Part shown: positions 17,513 through 29,122 of the stretch, piece by piece
How positions within the stretch are numbered: position 1 is the first letter of the stretch
Layout of the letters: each line of letters opens with the position of its first letter
NCBI RefSeq assembly: GCF_009914755.1
Contig: NC_060944.1
Strand: one strand, 5' to 3'
Origin: the human T2T-CHM13v2.0 reference genome, Homo sapiens
Length of the DNA: 64,000 nucleotides
Notes under the pieces: model-generated
What the model was told of the DNA's origin: nothing
The model's input: only the letters and a program-made list of their open reading frames with translations
The model's database searches: none
Program-made: the position numbers and the translations under genes

Positions 17513-18359
17513 TCAGATATATTTAGAAAAAAAAGAGGAGAAAGACACAAATAAATAATGTTACAAATAACATAGGTTTTGAAAAGGCATTTTAAGTGAA
17601 GATAATATTACGAAGTATTTTATGCTAAAACATCTGAAAGCATTCTAGAAAAATATAAATTACTACAAGTACCTCATTAACAGATAGAAAATCTAGGGAG
17701 ACCTATACATTTTTTCCAGGGCCAGACTTTATTACACTTCAGTTATACCGAACTTTCAAAAACAAATAACAAATCATATATAAAACTATTGCAGAAAACT
17801 TTAAATACAGATACATTGTTCTAACTTAATTTGAAAGAATAGAAATAGCATACAAATATAATAATAAAAGTAAAAATTGTAGGCCAATCTAACTTATGAA
17901 AAATGATAAAATCATGCTGAATCAAGTACTAGAAAAATTAAGCAATAAATGTTTGAAATTCATTATAAATATGTTGAGTTTAAATCAGAAATGCAATAAT
18001 TTTTTTAACATTACAAAAACTATGTCATAAAGTAACAAAACATTCATGGTAGCAATACAAGATCTAAGATGCTTGAAATGGATCTATACGACTTTTATAG
18101 GAAAAACAAAGAATTCAAGCAATTGAAATATATTTTTGTTATTGACTGAAAAATACAATATAATAAAAATGTTCTCCTATATCCATTAATCAAAATTATG
18201 ATCTTTTAATGGAACTTTAGAAGCAGTTATAAAATTAATATGAAAGAGTATAAAGAATAAAAAATACAAATTATAGAAAATATAGGTATAGAAATAGAAG
18301 TATAGAAAAAAAAAACAAGTTTGTAGAAGGTATCTTTTCTGATATCAAGACTCATTTTA

Positions 18360-18642
18360 GGCCAGGTGTAGTTGCTCACGCCTGTAATGCCAGCACTTTG
18401 TGAGGCTGAGGAGGGCGGATCATTTGAGGTCAGGAGTTCGAGACCAGCCTGGCGAACACGGTGAAACCCCATCTCTACTAAAACTACAAAAGTTAGTTGG
18501 GCATGCTGGTGCACACCTGTAATCCCAGGTACTCAGGAGGCTGAGGCAGGAGAATCACTGAATCAGGGAGGTGGAGGTTGCAGTGAGCCCAGATCATGCC
18601 ACTGTGCTCCAGCATGGGCAACAGAGAGAGTCTGTCTCAAAA
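18360..18642 (+). mobile_element. AluS (Sx/Sz-like) with almost no A-tail, joined directly to L1
   Basis: Dimeric Alu ending GTCTCAAAA and running straight into L1 ORF2 sequence. Confidence 0.95.
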
Positions 18643-20247
18643 TCGTGAAAAAGGCCATGTTGCCCAAAGTAATTTATAGATTCAATGCTATTCCCATTAA
18701 GCTACCATTGACTTTCTTCACAGAATTAGAAAAAACTACTTTAAATTTCATATAGAACCAAAAAACAGCTCATATAGCCAAGACAATCCTAAGCAAAAAG
18801 AACAAAGCTGGAGGCATCATGCTTTCTGACTTCAAACTATACTACAAAGCTACAGTAACCAAAACAGCATAGTACTGGTACCAAAACAGATAGATAGACA
18901 AGTGGAACAGAATAGAGGCCTCAGAAATAATGCCACACATCTACAATTATCTGATCTTTGACAAACCTGACAAAAACAAGCAATGGGGAAAGTATTCCCT
19001 ATTTAATAAATGGTGTTGGGAAAACTGGCTAGCCATATGCAGAAAACTGAAACTGGATGGCTTCCTTATACTTTATACAGAAATGAACTCAAGATGGATT
19101 AAAGACTTAAATGTATGACCTAAAACCATCAAAACCCTAGAAGAAAACCTAGGCAATTCCATTCAGGACATAGGCATGGGCAAAGACTTCATGACTAAAA
19201 CACCAAAAGCAATGGCAACAAAAGCCAAAATCGACAAATGGGATCTGATTAAACTAAAGAGCTTCTGCACAGCAAAAGAAACTATCATCAGAGTGAATAG
19301 GCAACCTACAGAATGGGAGAACATTTTTGCAATCTATCCATCTGACAAAGGGCTAATATCCAGAATCTACAAGGAACTTTAACAAATTTACAAGAAAAAA
19401 ATAACTCCATCAAAAAGTGGGCAAAGGATACGAATGGACACTTCCCAAAAGAAGACATTTACATGGCCAACAAACATATGAAAAAAAACTCATCCTCACT
19501 GGTCATTAGAGAAATGCAAATCAAAACCACAGTGAGATACTATCTCACGCCAGTTAGAATGGCAATCATTAAAAAGTCAAGAAACAACAGATGCTGAAGA
19601 GGATATGGAAAAATAGGAACGCTTTTACACTGTTGGTGGGAGTGTAAATTAGTGCAACCATTGTGGAAGACAGTGTGGTGATTCTTCAAGGATCTAGAAC
19701 CAGAAATACCATTTGACCCAGCAATGTCATTACTGGGTATATACCCAAAGGATTATAAATCATTCTACTATAAAGACACATGCACATGTATGTTTATTGC
19801 AGCACTATTCACAATAGCAAAGACTTGGGACCAACCCAAATGCCCATCAATGATAGACTGGATAAAGTAATTGTGGCACATATATGCCATGGAATACTAT
19901 ACAGCCATAAAAAAGGATGAGTTCATGTCCTTTGCAGGGACATGGATGAAGATAGAAAGCTTCAATCTCAGGAAACTAACACAGGAACAGAAAACCAAAC
20001 ACCATATGCTTTCACTCATAAGTGAGAGTTGAACAATGAGAACATTTGGAAACAGGGAGGGGAACATCACACACAGGGGCCTGTCGGGGGGTGGGGACTA
20101 GGGGAGGGATAGCATCAGGAGAAACACCTAATGTAGATGACGGGTTGATGGGTGCAGCAAACCACCATGTATACCTATGTAACAAACCTGCATGTTCTAC
20201 ACATGTATCCCAGAACTTTAAGTATAATTAATAAAATAATTAAAACA
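18643..20247 (+). mobile_element. 5'-truncated L1PA (L1PA7/8-like), ~1.6 kb
   Basis: ORFs 18930..19118 and 19176..19382 are ORF2p C-terminal sequence ([38 protein letters not shown]). 3' UTR AATGTAGATGACGGGTTGATGGGTGCAGCAAACCACCA, then an A-rich tail. Confidence 0.95.
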
Positions 20248-20726
20248 AAGACTCATTTTAAATTAGAATAAGTAAAATACACTGACACCAAAAAAATTTT
20301 AATAAGAAATAATTTCCGAATCATTTTTAAAAGATTTATGTGTTTGACTACATCACAATTCAAAACTAGATTACTTTAAATTTAGATATCATTAAAACTT
20401 TCATTAAAACAAAAAGTACCTTAAGCAGATGAAAAGAAAATTCATGTAATCACATAAAGAAAGGATATACTGGTGACGCATATAATGAAAAGTGGGTTAC
20501 CACTGAGACTATATAAAGAACACCTACAAATGAGTGAGGAAAAGCCAGCACAATTGGAAAATAGAAAAAGATGCAAATAGGAAATTAAAAAAAATAAAAG
20601 TCAAATATCTAATGAGCACAGGAAGAGATACTTCACCTTACTAATGATGAAGAAAAGAGGAAGTAAAAGAGAAATTAGACATTAGCTAGCATTTCACACT
20701 CCTTAGATTGGAAAATAAACAAATAA

Positions 20727-20728
<2 letters not shown>

Positions 20729-20763
<35 letters not shown>
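20729..20763. repeat. (GT)n microsatellite
   Basis: About 17 perfect GT units. Confidence 0.97.
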
Positions 20764-20764
<1 letters not shown>

Positions 20765-20819
20765 CAATCAATGTCAGCTATGATATAAGGAAACTGGAAT
20801 TTTAATCCTGCTGATATAA

Positions 20820-20990
20820 TCAGTGATATGCTGGTAGATGTTTAAAACCTTCCTTTCCAAGAAAATAAAAAAAAGTCCTGACTTGTAACATTTACTGATT
20901 TTCGGGGGCAACTATTCTCATTGTGGCTGTTTTCAAGCCCCCAATGGGATATGATGCTACTGAACGCAGAATAGCGATGTGCACAGCTAG
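20820..20990 (+). mobile_element. MER63-like hAT DNA transposon fragment
   Basis: TTGTAACATTTACTGATTTTC...TTTCAAGCC...ACTGAACGCAGA...GATGTGCACA resembles the remembered MER63 consensus. Confidence 0.5.
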
Positions 20991-22949
20991 AATTGTAAGA
21001 CTAAAACCTAGTGTTCTAATTTTTCAGTATATACTACTAAACAACTCTAGTTTATGGAAACAGGGGATATTAATTTTAAAAGAAAAAAGCTGAAAATAAT
21101 CTAAATAAACAAATATAATTCTGATTGTCTACAAAGAAACAGATGAATAAATTACATTGCATTTCCGTAATGAAATACTGCATAGCAATTGAAATGAATA
21201 AGCTAGATTTACATATAGTGATGGAGATAAATCTCAACAATATAATTTGGAGTGAACAAATAAAACTGCAATGTAACAGCATGTATGTACATTTAAAATC
21301 ACAACATAATATCATTTATGAATATACACACATATGTAGTAAAATATGAAAACATCAATGAGAAAAATGCACCAATATCTACCCCGTGGCAACCTCTTTA
21401 GTGGGAAGGTGAGAAACAGTAATCTGGCATGGGGCTTTAATTGTTTTGGCAATAATTTATTTCTTTACAAAAATAAAGGTCTGCAGTGAATGTAGCAAAA
21501 CTCATTTTAGATCAGGATGGAAGATAGGTGGTTGCTGGCTGTACTGTTCTCTTACTTTTATTTTATGTTTGAAATATGATATTTGGGGGAAAATTCTTAT
21601 CTCTGGTGGGAGTTTCTTATAGCTTACCGTGATGAGGGTAGGATGCTTTGTAGACATGAATAGCTTACATAACTATATGGTCATGCTCAGTATTAAATGA
21701 CAGTAATATGTGTGGAGCTCCTTGAAGGGACCGTCATAACCTGTAGAAGCCAAGGTGGGCTTCACCTCCCATGACTCTGCACCTAGTTGTTGGAACTAGA
21801 ACACTTCCTATGAAATTCAGTGGCTCTCAATCTGGAGCCACAGGACTAAGGCATCACTCTGCTCATAAGTGATTATAGTGTATATGTCAAGTGAGGTGTC
21901 TCCTTTCGTCATACATAAAAGCAGGGGATACTTAAAGGAGTTCCCCTAAGATTACCATGGGGATGTCAACCTTGAACCAACACAGCGAAGGTGAAAGAAG
22001 CAAGATAAGACACAATTGCCCAGTTAACCACTGAATTCATTTCCTTTCTTTATGTGGAGTAGCTTCACTCAACCGATTTGATCTGTAACCCAGGTATCTG
22101 TCAGTGATTTCAAGGGACTGCTTGTCTATGGAAAATGAAATAAAAAATGGCCATTTAAAGCCAAAAGCCTTTGGTATGTGGATAACCATGCAGAAATGAG
22201 AAATTTCATGGAATCCCAGAATGTTAGTGTTAGGATTCAGAGATCAGCTAATTCACTCTTTTCTTCTTTCTGGTAAGGAAATTGAGGCTTCAGGGTGATT
22301 TTGTGACTTTCCAGACATCTGTAGTGGAAGAACTAGGTCTAGGCCCAAATCATTTAATTACTAGCTGAGCGACCTGCACACAACTGCAAGAAATTGTTCC
22401 ATCACAAAACTTCAGGATGATTGGGGTTCTCTCTTTTTCTCTCTTTTATTCCAAGCTTAAAAAAAAAAAATCTGCTGAACGTCCCACTGGAGCTGAAATT
22501 GTAGAAGACAACTAGCTCTTTAATTATGATGTGCAGTGAGCTGCTTTTACTTTTCACTTGTCTCTGAAGCTGAATTGCCCAGTGCCTCTGAATACTCCCT
22601 CACATGTCCCTGTGATTTGTATCAGCTCACAAAATTAAAAAAACGCAGACTTGCAGCTCTAATTTGCCAGAATCCTTAAGATCTCTTTTATCATGCCCTG
22701 CTGCCTGGATGGAAAGCAGCATTCTCTTTAGCGGCAATCTGCTGTAATCATTTTTTATTCAGGTGGCAGGCAGGGTTCAAGCAAAACATGAAAGACAGTG
22801 ATTGGAGCACAGTGTCTTCAGATAGTTTAAACCGCATCACTCAGGAAATTTTTATCCTTTTTTATTTAGCTACATTTATACAGGCTTCTTTTATAGCTCA
22901 GGAGACCAAACCACTGCACAGGGATATAAATAAAGTGCATCAGAAAAGA

Positions 22950-23150
22950 GCATGGCATTTGTAGTCTAAGGTTACTCCTTTCTAGATGTATATAACCTTG
23001 GGTTTCTAAATCTGAGTCCTTGTTTCTTCATGTACAAAATGGGGAAGAAAAGATATATATACTCATCACCAGATTATTGTGATGGGAAAATGAGCCTTAA
23101 GAATTGTGTATGAAAGGGCCTTATATATTTTAAAGTGTTACACACATGTT
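22950..23150 (+). mobile_element. MIR fragment
   Basis: ACCTTGGG...CTGAGTCCTTGTTTCTTCATGTACAAAATGGGG is MIR-core-like. Confidence 0.55.
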
Positions 23151-24589
23151 GGGACCACATACCCATTTTGTATACGAATTTTTTAAACTTGCCAACTTGT
23201 CTACACAAGACACATTAACATTTTCCCAGTCAATATTTAACTATCCATGTCATCACTAAGAGTTATTTAAAAACAAAAATAAAACAATTCAGACTCTGGT
23301 TCTATTTTTTCTTAATAATACTCTATGCCGTGCCATTCTGAAACATAGATGGTGAGGACAAATTGTGTAATAAACAGCGGCCTTATTTACTATAGAGAAG
23401 AGAAAGAAATTGTTTCTCTGCCGCAAAATGACAATTTATTTTACCTTATGAGAAAAAAAAATCAATGAGAAAAAAAGGAGGGGAAGTGACAGCTACTGGG
23501 ATCACAGGGGAATAACTTCTAACTGGCAGTTGGTTTTGGAAACTTCATTGGTTTAGAGAAAGGCTCCAGCCTCTTGAGCATGTAGTTCTTTTCCATGGGG
23601 CTGGGAGACCAGGGCAAGCTCTGTGTTTTTTCACTTAGTAGACTGTCTATTGCTCTTGCTTGGTTTCATTTGCAAATATTGGGGTGAGACGTAAAGAATA
23701 AGATACCATCACTGGGACTGTCACCTACAGTGGCCCACGCAGGCAGGCCCCAACACAGCTGCTGTGTCTGACGTCCAGGGGAGTACTGGTGTATTTTTAT
23801 GCCATTGGAATACTTCTGTGGGTTCCCCATCAAGGGAAAAATTCTCTTGATGGAAAGAAACCCCAAAGGAAGATTCTCTCCTCATCCTTAAAGAAGCAGG
23901 ACCACAAATCAGAGATAGTTGTTCAAACTACTGGGTCAATATTTCTCTGCCATTGGGACTTAAGAGACAACCATAAGTCCAATGTGACCAATTTCCTATA
24001 TTAAGTAAATATCTTACTATTGTCATTTTCCCCCAATACCTAAAATCCCCATGGGTTCACTAAGAAAAATGTTTGTAAGTGAAACCTTTGTGCCTGATAG
24101 ACTGCTAATGCTAAGTATAGAGCGATATCATTGTTCCTGTATAATATAGGATTTTTCTCTTAAAAGTCTTCTTGAGGATACATGCACATTTTAATGCCTG
24201 AGGGCATTAGACCTTGTAGATATATCATTTGGGTCACAAAGGTTGCTCTGTCTGATATGGCCATAGCCGTGCCCTCCCTTTCTCCACTGGGGTAAAGGAA
24301 GGGAGAGGAGTGAAAGAGAATATTCATCACTGAACTGCCATCCAATGTGGACACTGGAGAGGGAGCATTGATTAGCTGGAGAAAGCGAAGGCTCTGAGAC
24401 ACTGGCAGAGCCCCCAAGGTGGACTGAAAGGCAGGTTACAGAAGAGATAATCTGAGGTTTGTTTGTTTTAGAATCCTGTCCTGAGCTGAACGACATAGCA
24501 GGCTATAAATTGGAAGTAAATTTAAGCCACATCAAAGTCCCAGCCACCTAGGCCTTGATGGGTCTGAGAGCCGTGCTGAGGTGACTACA

Positions 24590-24760
24590 GTCTTGTTAGT
24601 CAAGGGGTGAATCCTGGAGTAGCAGTATTATCATCATGTGAGGTCTTGTTAGAAATACAGTGTCTTGGACCAGACCTATTGGGCCACAGACCTATGGAAT
24701 CACAACCTGTATTTCCATCAGTTCCCCAGGTGATTGCCTAGCTCTAAGTTTTGGGAGTAG
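24590..24760. mobile_element. MER5-type (hAT-Charlie) MITE
   Basis: CTTGTTAGAAATACAG...GGAATCACAACCTGTATTT...TTCCCCAGGTGATT...AAGTTTTGGGAG. Confidence 0.65.
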
Positions 24761-26324
24761 ATGGGCTAGATAATTTGATAACAGGGAAAACGGCTTATAG
24801 AGTTAATTGTAATTCTTCTCAAGCCACACTGAGACTAAATCTAACTGGGCACTTTTTAACATCTCTGTTTAACAAGCTCTTAGTGAGGAAAAAGGGATTC
24901 TTCATTGAGTCCAGTGGACAAAGCAAAACAAGGATGAAGCCTGTATGATTTTACCCGAATGCATCTCTGATCTCTCCTATGGCCCCAAGACAGGACGCTT
25001 TAATGGTCTGGACATATTTCTCTTTGGTATAGGTAGGACCTGGGTTTAAGGTGACAGTAAAAATGCCTACGGGATGGCTATTTGGGTCTTCAGGGATTTC
25101 CAACAAGCTTCCTGTTTGGGGGATGTTGGAAGTGCAGGCTTCCATCTCAGGTCATCTTCAAAGTTATATTAATCACAGAAGACCCACTTCACTCCTGTAA
25201 TTCCCCTTCCCATTCCCATGCATCATAGAGTACCAATCTCAGACCTGACTTCTCTGGTGTTTTCACCTCAAAAATGGGGGTTTACTTGCCATTAAGCTAA
25301 GAAGATACCCTTATCTATTTATTACCATTTATTATGAAATACCAAGAAGAAAAAACACACATCTAATTATAATGGCTGAAGTGCTTTATCTTGCTTCAGG
25401 AGACACCATATAGAAAACATAAGAAATTTGAAACATACGTTATGGTAGGTCTTGCCTACCAGTAGTAGATCATTTGAATTTTGCGTGCTTAAAAAAGTAT
25501 ACGTTAAACCCAAACATATTTAGAGGAATGTGTATTCCTCTTTTTTCAAAGGTGAAAAAACTCCAACAATATTTTATCAAGAATTCCCCATATACACTAC
25601 ACATTTGCTAATGTAAAGCCCACTGTTGGTGAGCTGGTGAGGAACGATTAAGCGTTGTTCTTCAGGATTCCAAAAGAAACATAATGCTGTAGCATTTACA
25701 CAAGTAAATGTGATGCTTGTATTAGATGGAACTATAGGACAATTTCATATGGCTCAACCTTATACAGTCAGTATTGTTAGATCGGGATTTTCCTGTGGAT
25801 TGATTAGTTAGAGGTCCTCTAATAAATATTTATACAACAGGGGGAGTGAACTACGTGCTGATACTCAGACTAATGTATAATCCTCCCTCTATGAAATACA
25901 GGAAGATCAACCATAGTGTTTAAAATTCAGTTGCCAATCACTATATGAACCCCTGTTCATCTCATTACTCACTATCCAAAGCAACAAAATGGAATGCATT
26001 AGGATAGTCAGAGTTAGCTCACTCAGTAGTGGCAAGCCATGGTACTTAACTGCTTTTCTATCCCCCTGACTATTTAAATAGCTTTAAAGTTAAAGAAAAT
26101 ACCAATTAACATTTTGTGGTTTCATGGAACAGCTAGCATGCTACTCAACAAATCTTTGTTGTCTTTTGTTGAATACTCATAAACTTATGTGAGCAGGTTA
26201 AATGAGGAAGCTTTTTATGAAGGAGAACATCCCTATAGCATGGAGGGGCATTCCTAATCAGGTTCTAAAATAATAATTATTTGTTATTCACTACAGTCTT
26301 AACCACATGGTTGGGAAAACATGT

Positions 26325-26366
26325 TCCTCATAGGTATAGTGGTGAGTATCTCTGCCTGTCACATGG
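26325..26366 (+). pseudogene. tRNA-Asp(GTC) 5'-half tailless retropseudogene
   Basis: TCCTCATAGGTATAGTGGTGAGTATCTCTGCCTGTCACATGG aligns to the tRNA-Asp 5' end TCCTCGTTAGTATAGTGGTGAGTATCCCCGCCTGTCACGCGG (anticodon GTC at 26358-26360). Flanked by the direct repeat CACATGGTTG(G/A)GAAAACA at 26304-26321 and 26360-26377. Confidence 0.88.
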
Positions 26367-26701
26367 TTGAGAAAACAAATGCTTTTACCCTTATCCAGGT
26401 GCTTGCTAGAATAACCCCTTGAGGACAGGCAATGTATTTTCTATCTCTTTACATATTTCATGGTAAAGAGCCTGGCAAAGTGAAGACCACACTTACCAGG
26501 ATTAGAATAGTGAATAAGATCTTTAGAACTGGAACTTAGAGAGCCCTCAATCTGTGAAACTCACAGTTTTGAAAGCATTTTTAAATCTCAGATTAATGCA
26601 TTGGCAGATCAATGGTTGGAAAAATTCAAGACCACTGTGTATATATCAGGTCAGTGGTGATATAACCATAATCCTCTTTTTGTGAACCTCAGTGGGGAAT
26701 C

Positions 26702-27168
26702 TGAGAGACAGACTTCTACTCTGACTCCACAGCTGGCTTGAAGCCCCAGAATGAATATACAAATGGACAGTGTCTAAATGTCACATGGAAAGAGATTGCT
26801 GACCTACAACCTCCGCAGCAACCAGCCACGAAGCCAAACCATCACCTCTGTAGCAGTGGACCCAGAAAGGTCAAGACTTTGTTAATAACTGCTAAGTTCT
26901 TTAAATGTGCCCTTGCTTTCAACTCAAGACCAACTAGAGCAAACCAAATATGCTCCCCAAATCAATCACAAAAGATGCCCTCTTCTTAGGCATCCAGCTG
27001 GCTCCAGCTTCCCTAGGCCATCAGCCTCTCATCAGGGCACACCTGAAGCTTTCCCACTCCCCTGCCTGGACACACCTGAAGGGCACACCTGAAGCTTTCC
27101 TCTGTTTTATTATAAAGCTTTCCCACTCCCCTGCCCACCTTTGAGTATCTGCCAATGGCAGATAATGA
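26702..27168 (+). mobile_element. ERV1-class LTR (MER90/MER110-like), interrupted at ~27168 and apparently resuming at ~27745
   Basis: CCAACTAGAGCAAACCAAATATGCTCCCC...CAGGGCACACCTGAAGC...TATAAAGCTTTCCCACTCCCCTGCC...TTTGAGTATCTGCCAA has LTR U3/TATA/R organisation; family is from memory. Confidence 0.6.
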
Positions 27169-27171
27169 TTC

Positions 27172-27744
27172 CTATTCCCTGATCCCCAAACATGTCTAGA
27201 TTTGTCTGAATATTTTATGATCATACTTCAGATTTCAGCTTAGATATTTTTACCCTGGGGATCATCCTTCCTTGATCCACTAGTTGCTTCCCCTGTCTTA
27301 TGCTACAGCAGCTTTTACATTTCTTATCAGAACACTTACAATTCAGAATTAGAATTGCTCATTTGCCTATGTAACTGGAATATAACTACAGATTCAGGTG
27401 GCCCAGTCTCTGGACAGTATTACTTTGTCAAAAATAATTGTTGGGAGCAATTCAATTATCCTCATTTGTAAAAATACCAGCATACTCTTGTAAAGTGGGC
27501 ACATTATTAAAGAAAGAGAAAACACTTAAAATTCTATTAATATTAAATGTTTAAATGTTAAATTTAAAATATTTAAATGTTCAAAATATTTCTCTCACAT
27601 TCAATATCTTTCTTATGCCTGGAAGATGCTTAAAACAACAGGAACAGCAAAAGTGAAATCAAGTTAGTCTTCTTGCTTTGTTTTGTTCTTGTTTTTCTTC
27701 TTGTTTTGTTTCCCAAAACATTTCCCCACATCTAGCCCACATGG
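27172..27744 (+). repeat. Left arm of a long inverted duplication
   Basis: Reverse complement of 29123-29678. 27172-27428 aligns without gaps to 29422-29678 with about 29 mismatches in 257 nt (hand count). Confidence 0.95.
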
Positions 27745-28779
27745 GGCTGACCCTCTTGCTATGGCAACCTCAGCCGTTTTTTTATTACTTTTGGATAATC
27801 TTAATTTATTTCCACACCACAATCAAGTACCTGGTCTCTAAACTCCTGATTGGAAAGAATTATTTTTTCACATCAATGAAGAGAATAATGAAAAACCAGC
27901 CACTTCCACTGTCAATACACAAGTGATACAGGCCTTTCACTGACTTGAATTTCCAGCAGCTGCCTTCTAGGGGTCGCTCTCACCACTTCCCTCTATATCC
28001 ACCATGTGGCAGCTGTAGCTGGGAACAGCTCCCAAGAATAGGAGAAGTGTCCATTTTGTTTTCACATTGTTACTGGGTAGAGCTGGTGTGTACTCATTAA
28101 GCACTGTGTATATTCCCTAATCATACAGGAAGAGGTACTATTATTATCATCATTGTTGTCATCATTTTTATTAAATCTGGCATATGTGAAATAATTGTAG
28201 TTACAAAAAATCTATTTTAAGTTTGGTTCTGGGATTGTTTTGGCTTTATCAGGGGGCAACATTTTATTTATATGTTTCCACTGGTTCTGCTCAGCCTTGC
28301 AAATAATCTAGTTCCCTACCAATCTAGGCCAAATAAAACTGAACGCTAAGCAACAGGTAAGCATGAATATATTGACTGGCCCCTGATTTAAAGTAAAATG
28401 TAAGGACGATCCCAGAGTACTTACAACAGATGGAAACATTATGATTATAAATGAACTTTTTAACAGAAAACTTTAAAATCTTAGTTCTTAAGTCATTTAT
28501 TTCTCTTTACTTTATGTACCTCACTTCCAAGTAAAATAGAGCCAAGAGATGTTGAGGGTGATTTGCCTAAAACCTGATAAATCACTTAAGCATGACTGTG
28601 GTCCTTGAACTACTATAGATCAACTCTAATCACATAATATGGTTTAACTCTGTAAAATGTGAGAAGAAGGTCACCTCAGGAGTGCTCTCAGCTCAGAAGA
28701 AAACAGAGAGGCCACTATTCACAGGCTTTAAAATCAGACTCACGGTGACATTTACAAGAAGTCTATTTTCCCCAATGTG

Positions 28780-28900
28780 TATGTTTATTTATTTATGCAT
28801 ATATTTAGGTGTCTATTCTTTGCTAGGTATCATATTAAATGCTGAGAATATAGTATTTACCAAGACCTAATCTTTGTTTTCAATGTGCTTAGGGCACAGA
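28780..28900 (-). mobile_element. L2 3' end fragment
   Basis: TTTATTTATTTATGCATATATTTAGGTGTCTATTCTTTGCTAGGTATCATATTAAATGCTGAGAATATAG is typical of an antisense L2 tail; more L2-like sequence at ~29480-29750. Confidence 0.6.
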
Positions 28901-29122
28901 AAGATGAGGAAATAACAAAAAGCAAAAATGTGTGAATATTCACAGCCTTTCTTCCCCTTCCCTCTCACCTCTATTTCCCAGCTGAAGGAAGATTCTCACT
29001 TGCTTATCATCTCCTCAACCACTAGTATAGCAAAAAGTGACAAGCGTTCAAAGAATGTAGAGAAGCTAAGTTTACCATCATAATAAGGTCTATGTCATAG
29101 ATGAGGAAAGAAAAAAGGAAAG

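Noticed and set aside
26325-26366. Functional tRNA-Asp gene
   Set aside because: No T-arm/B box, acceptor-stem 3' strand or terminator; only the 5' half is present.
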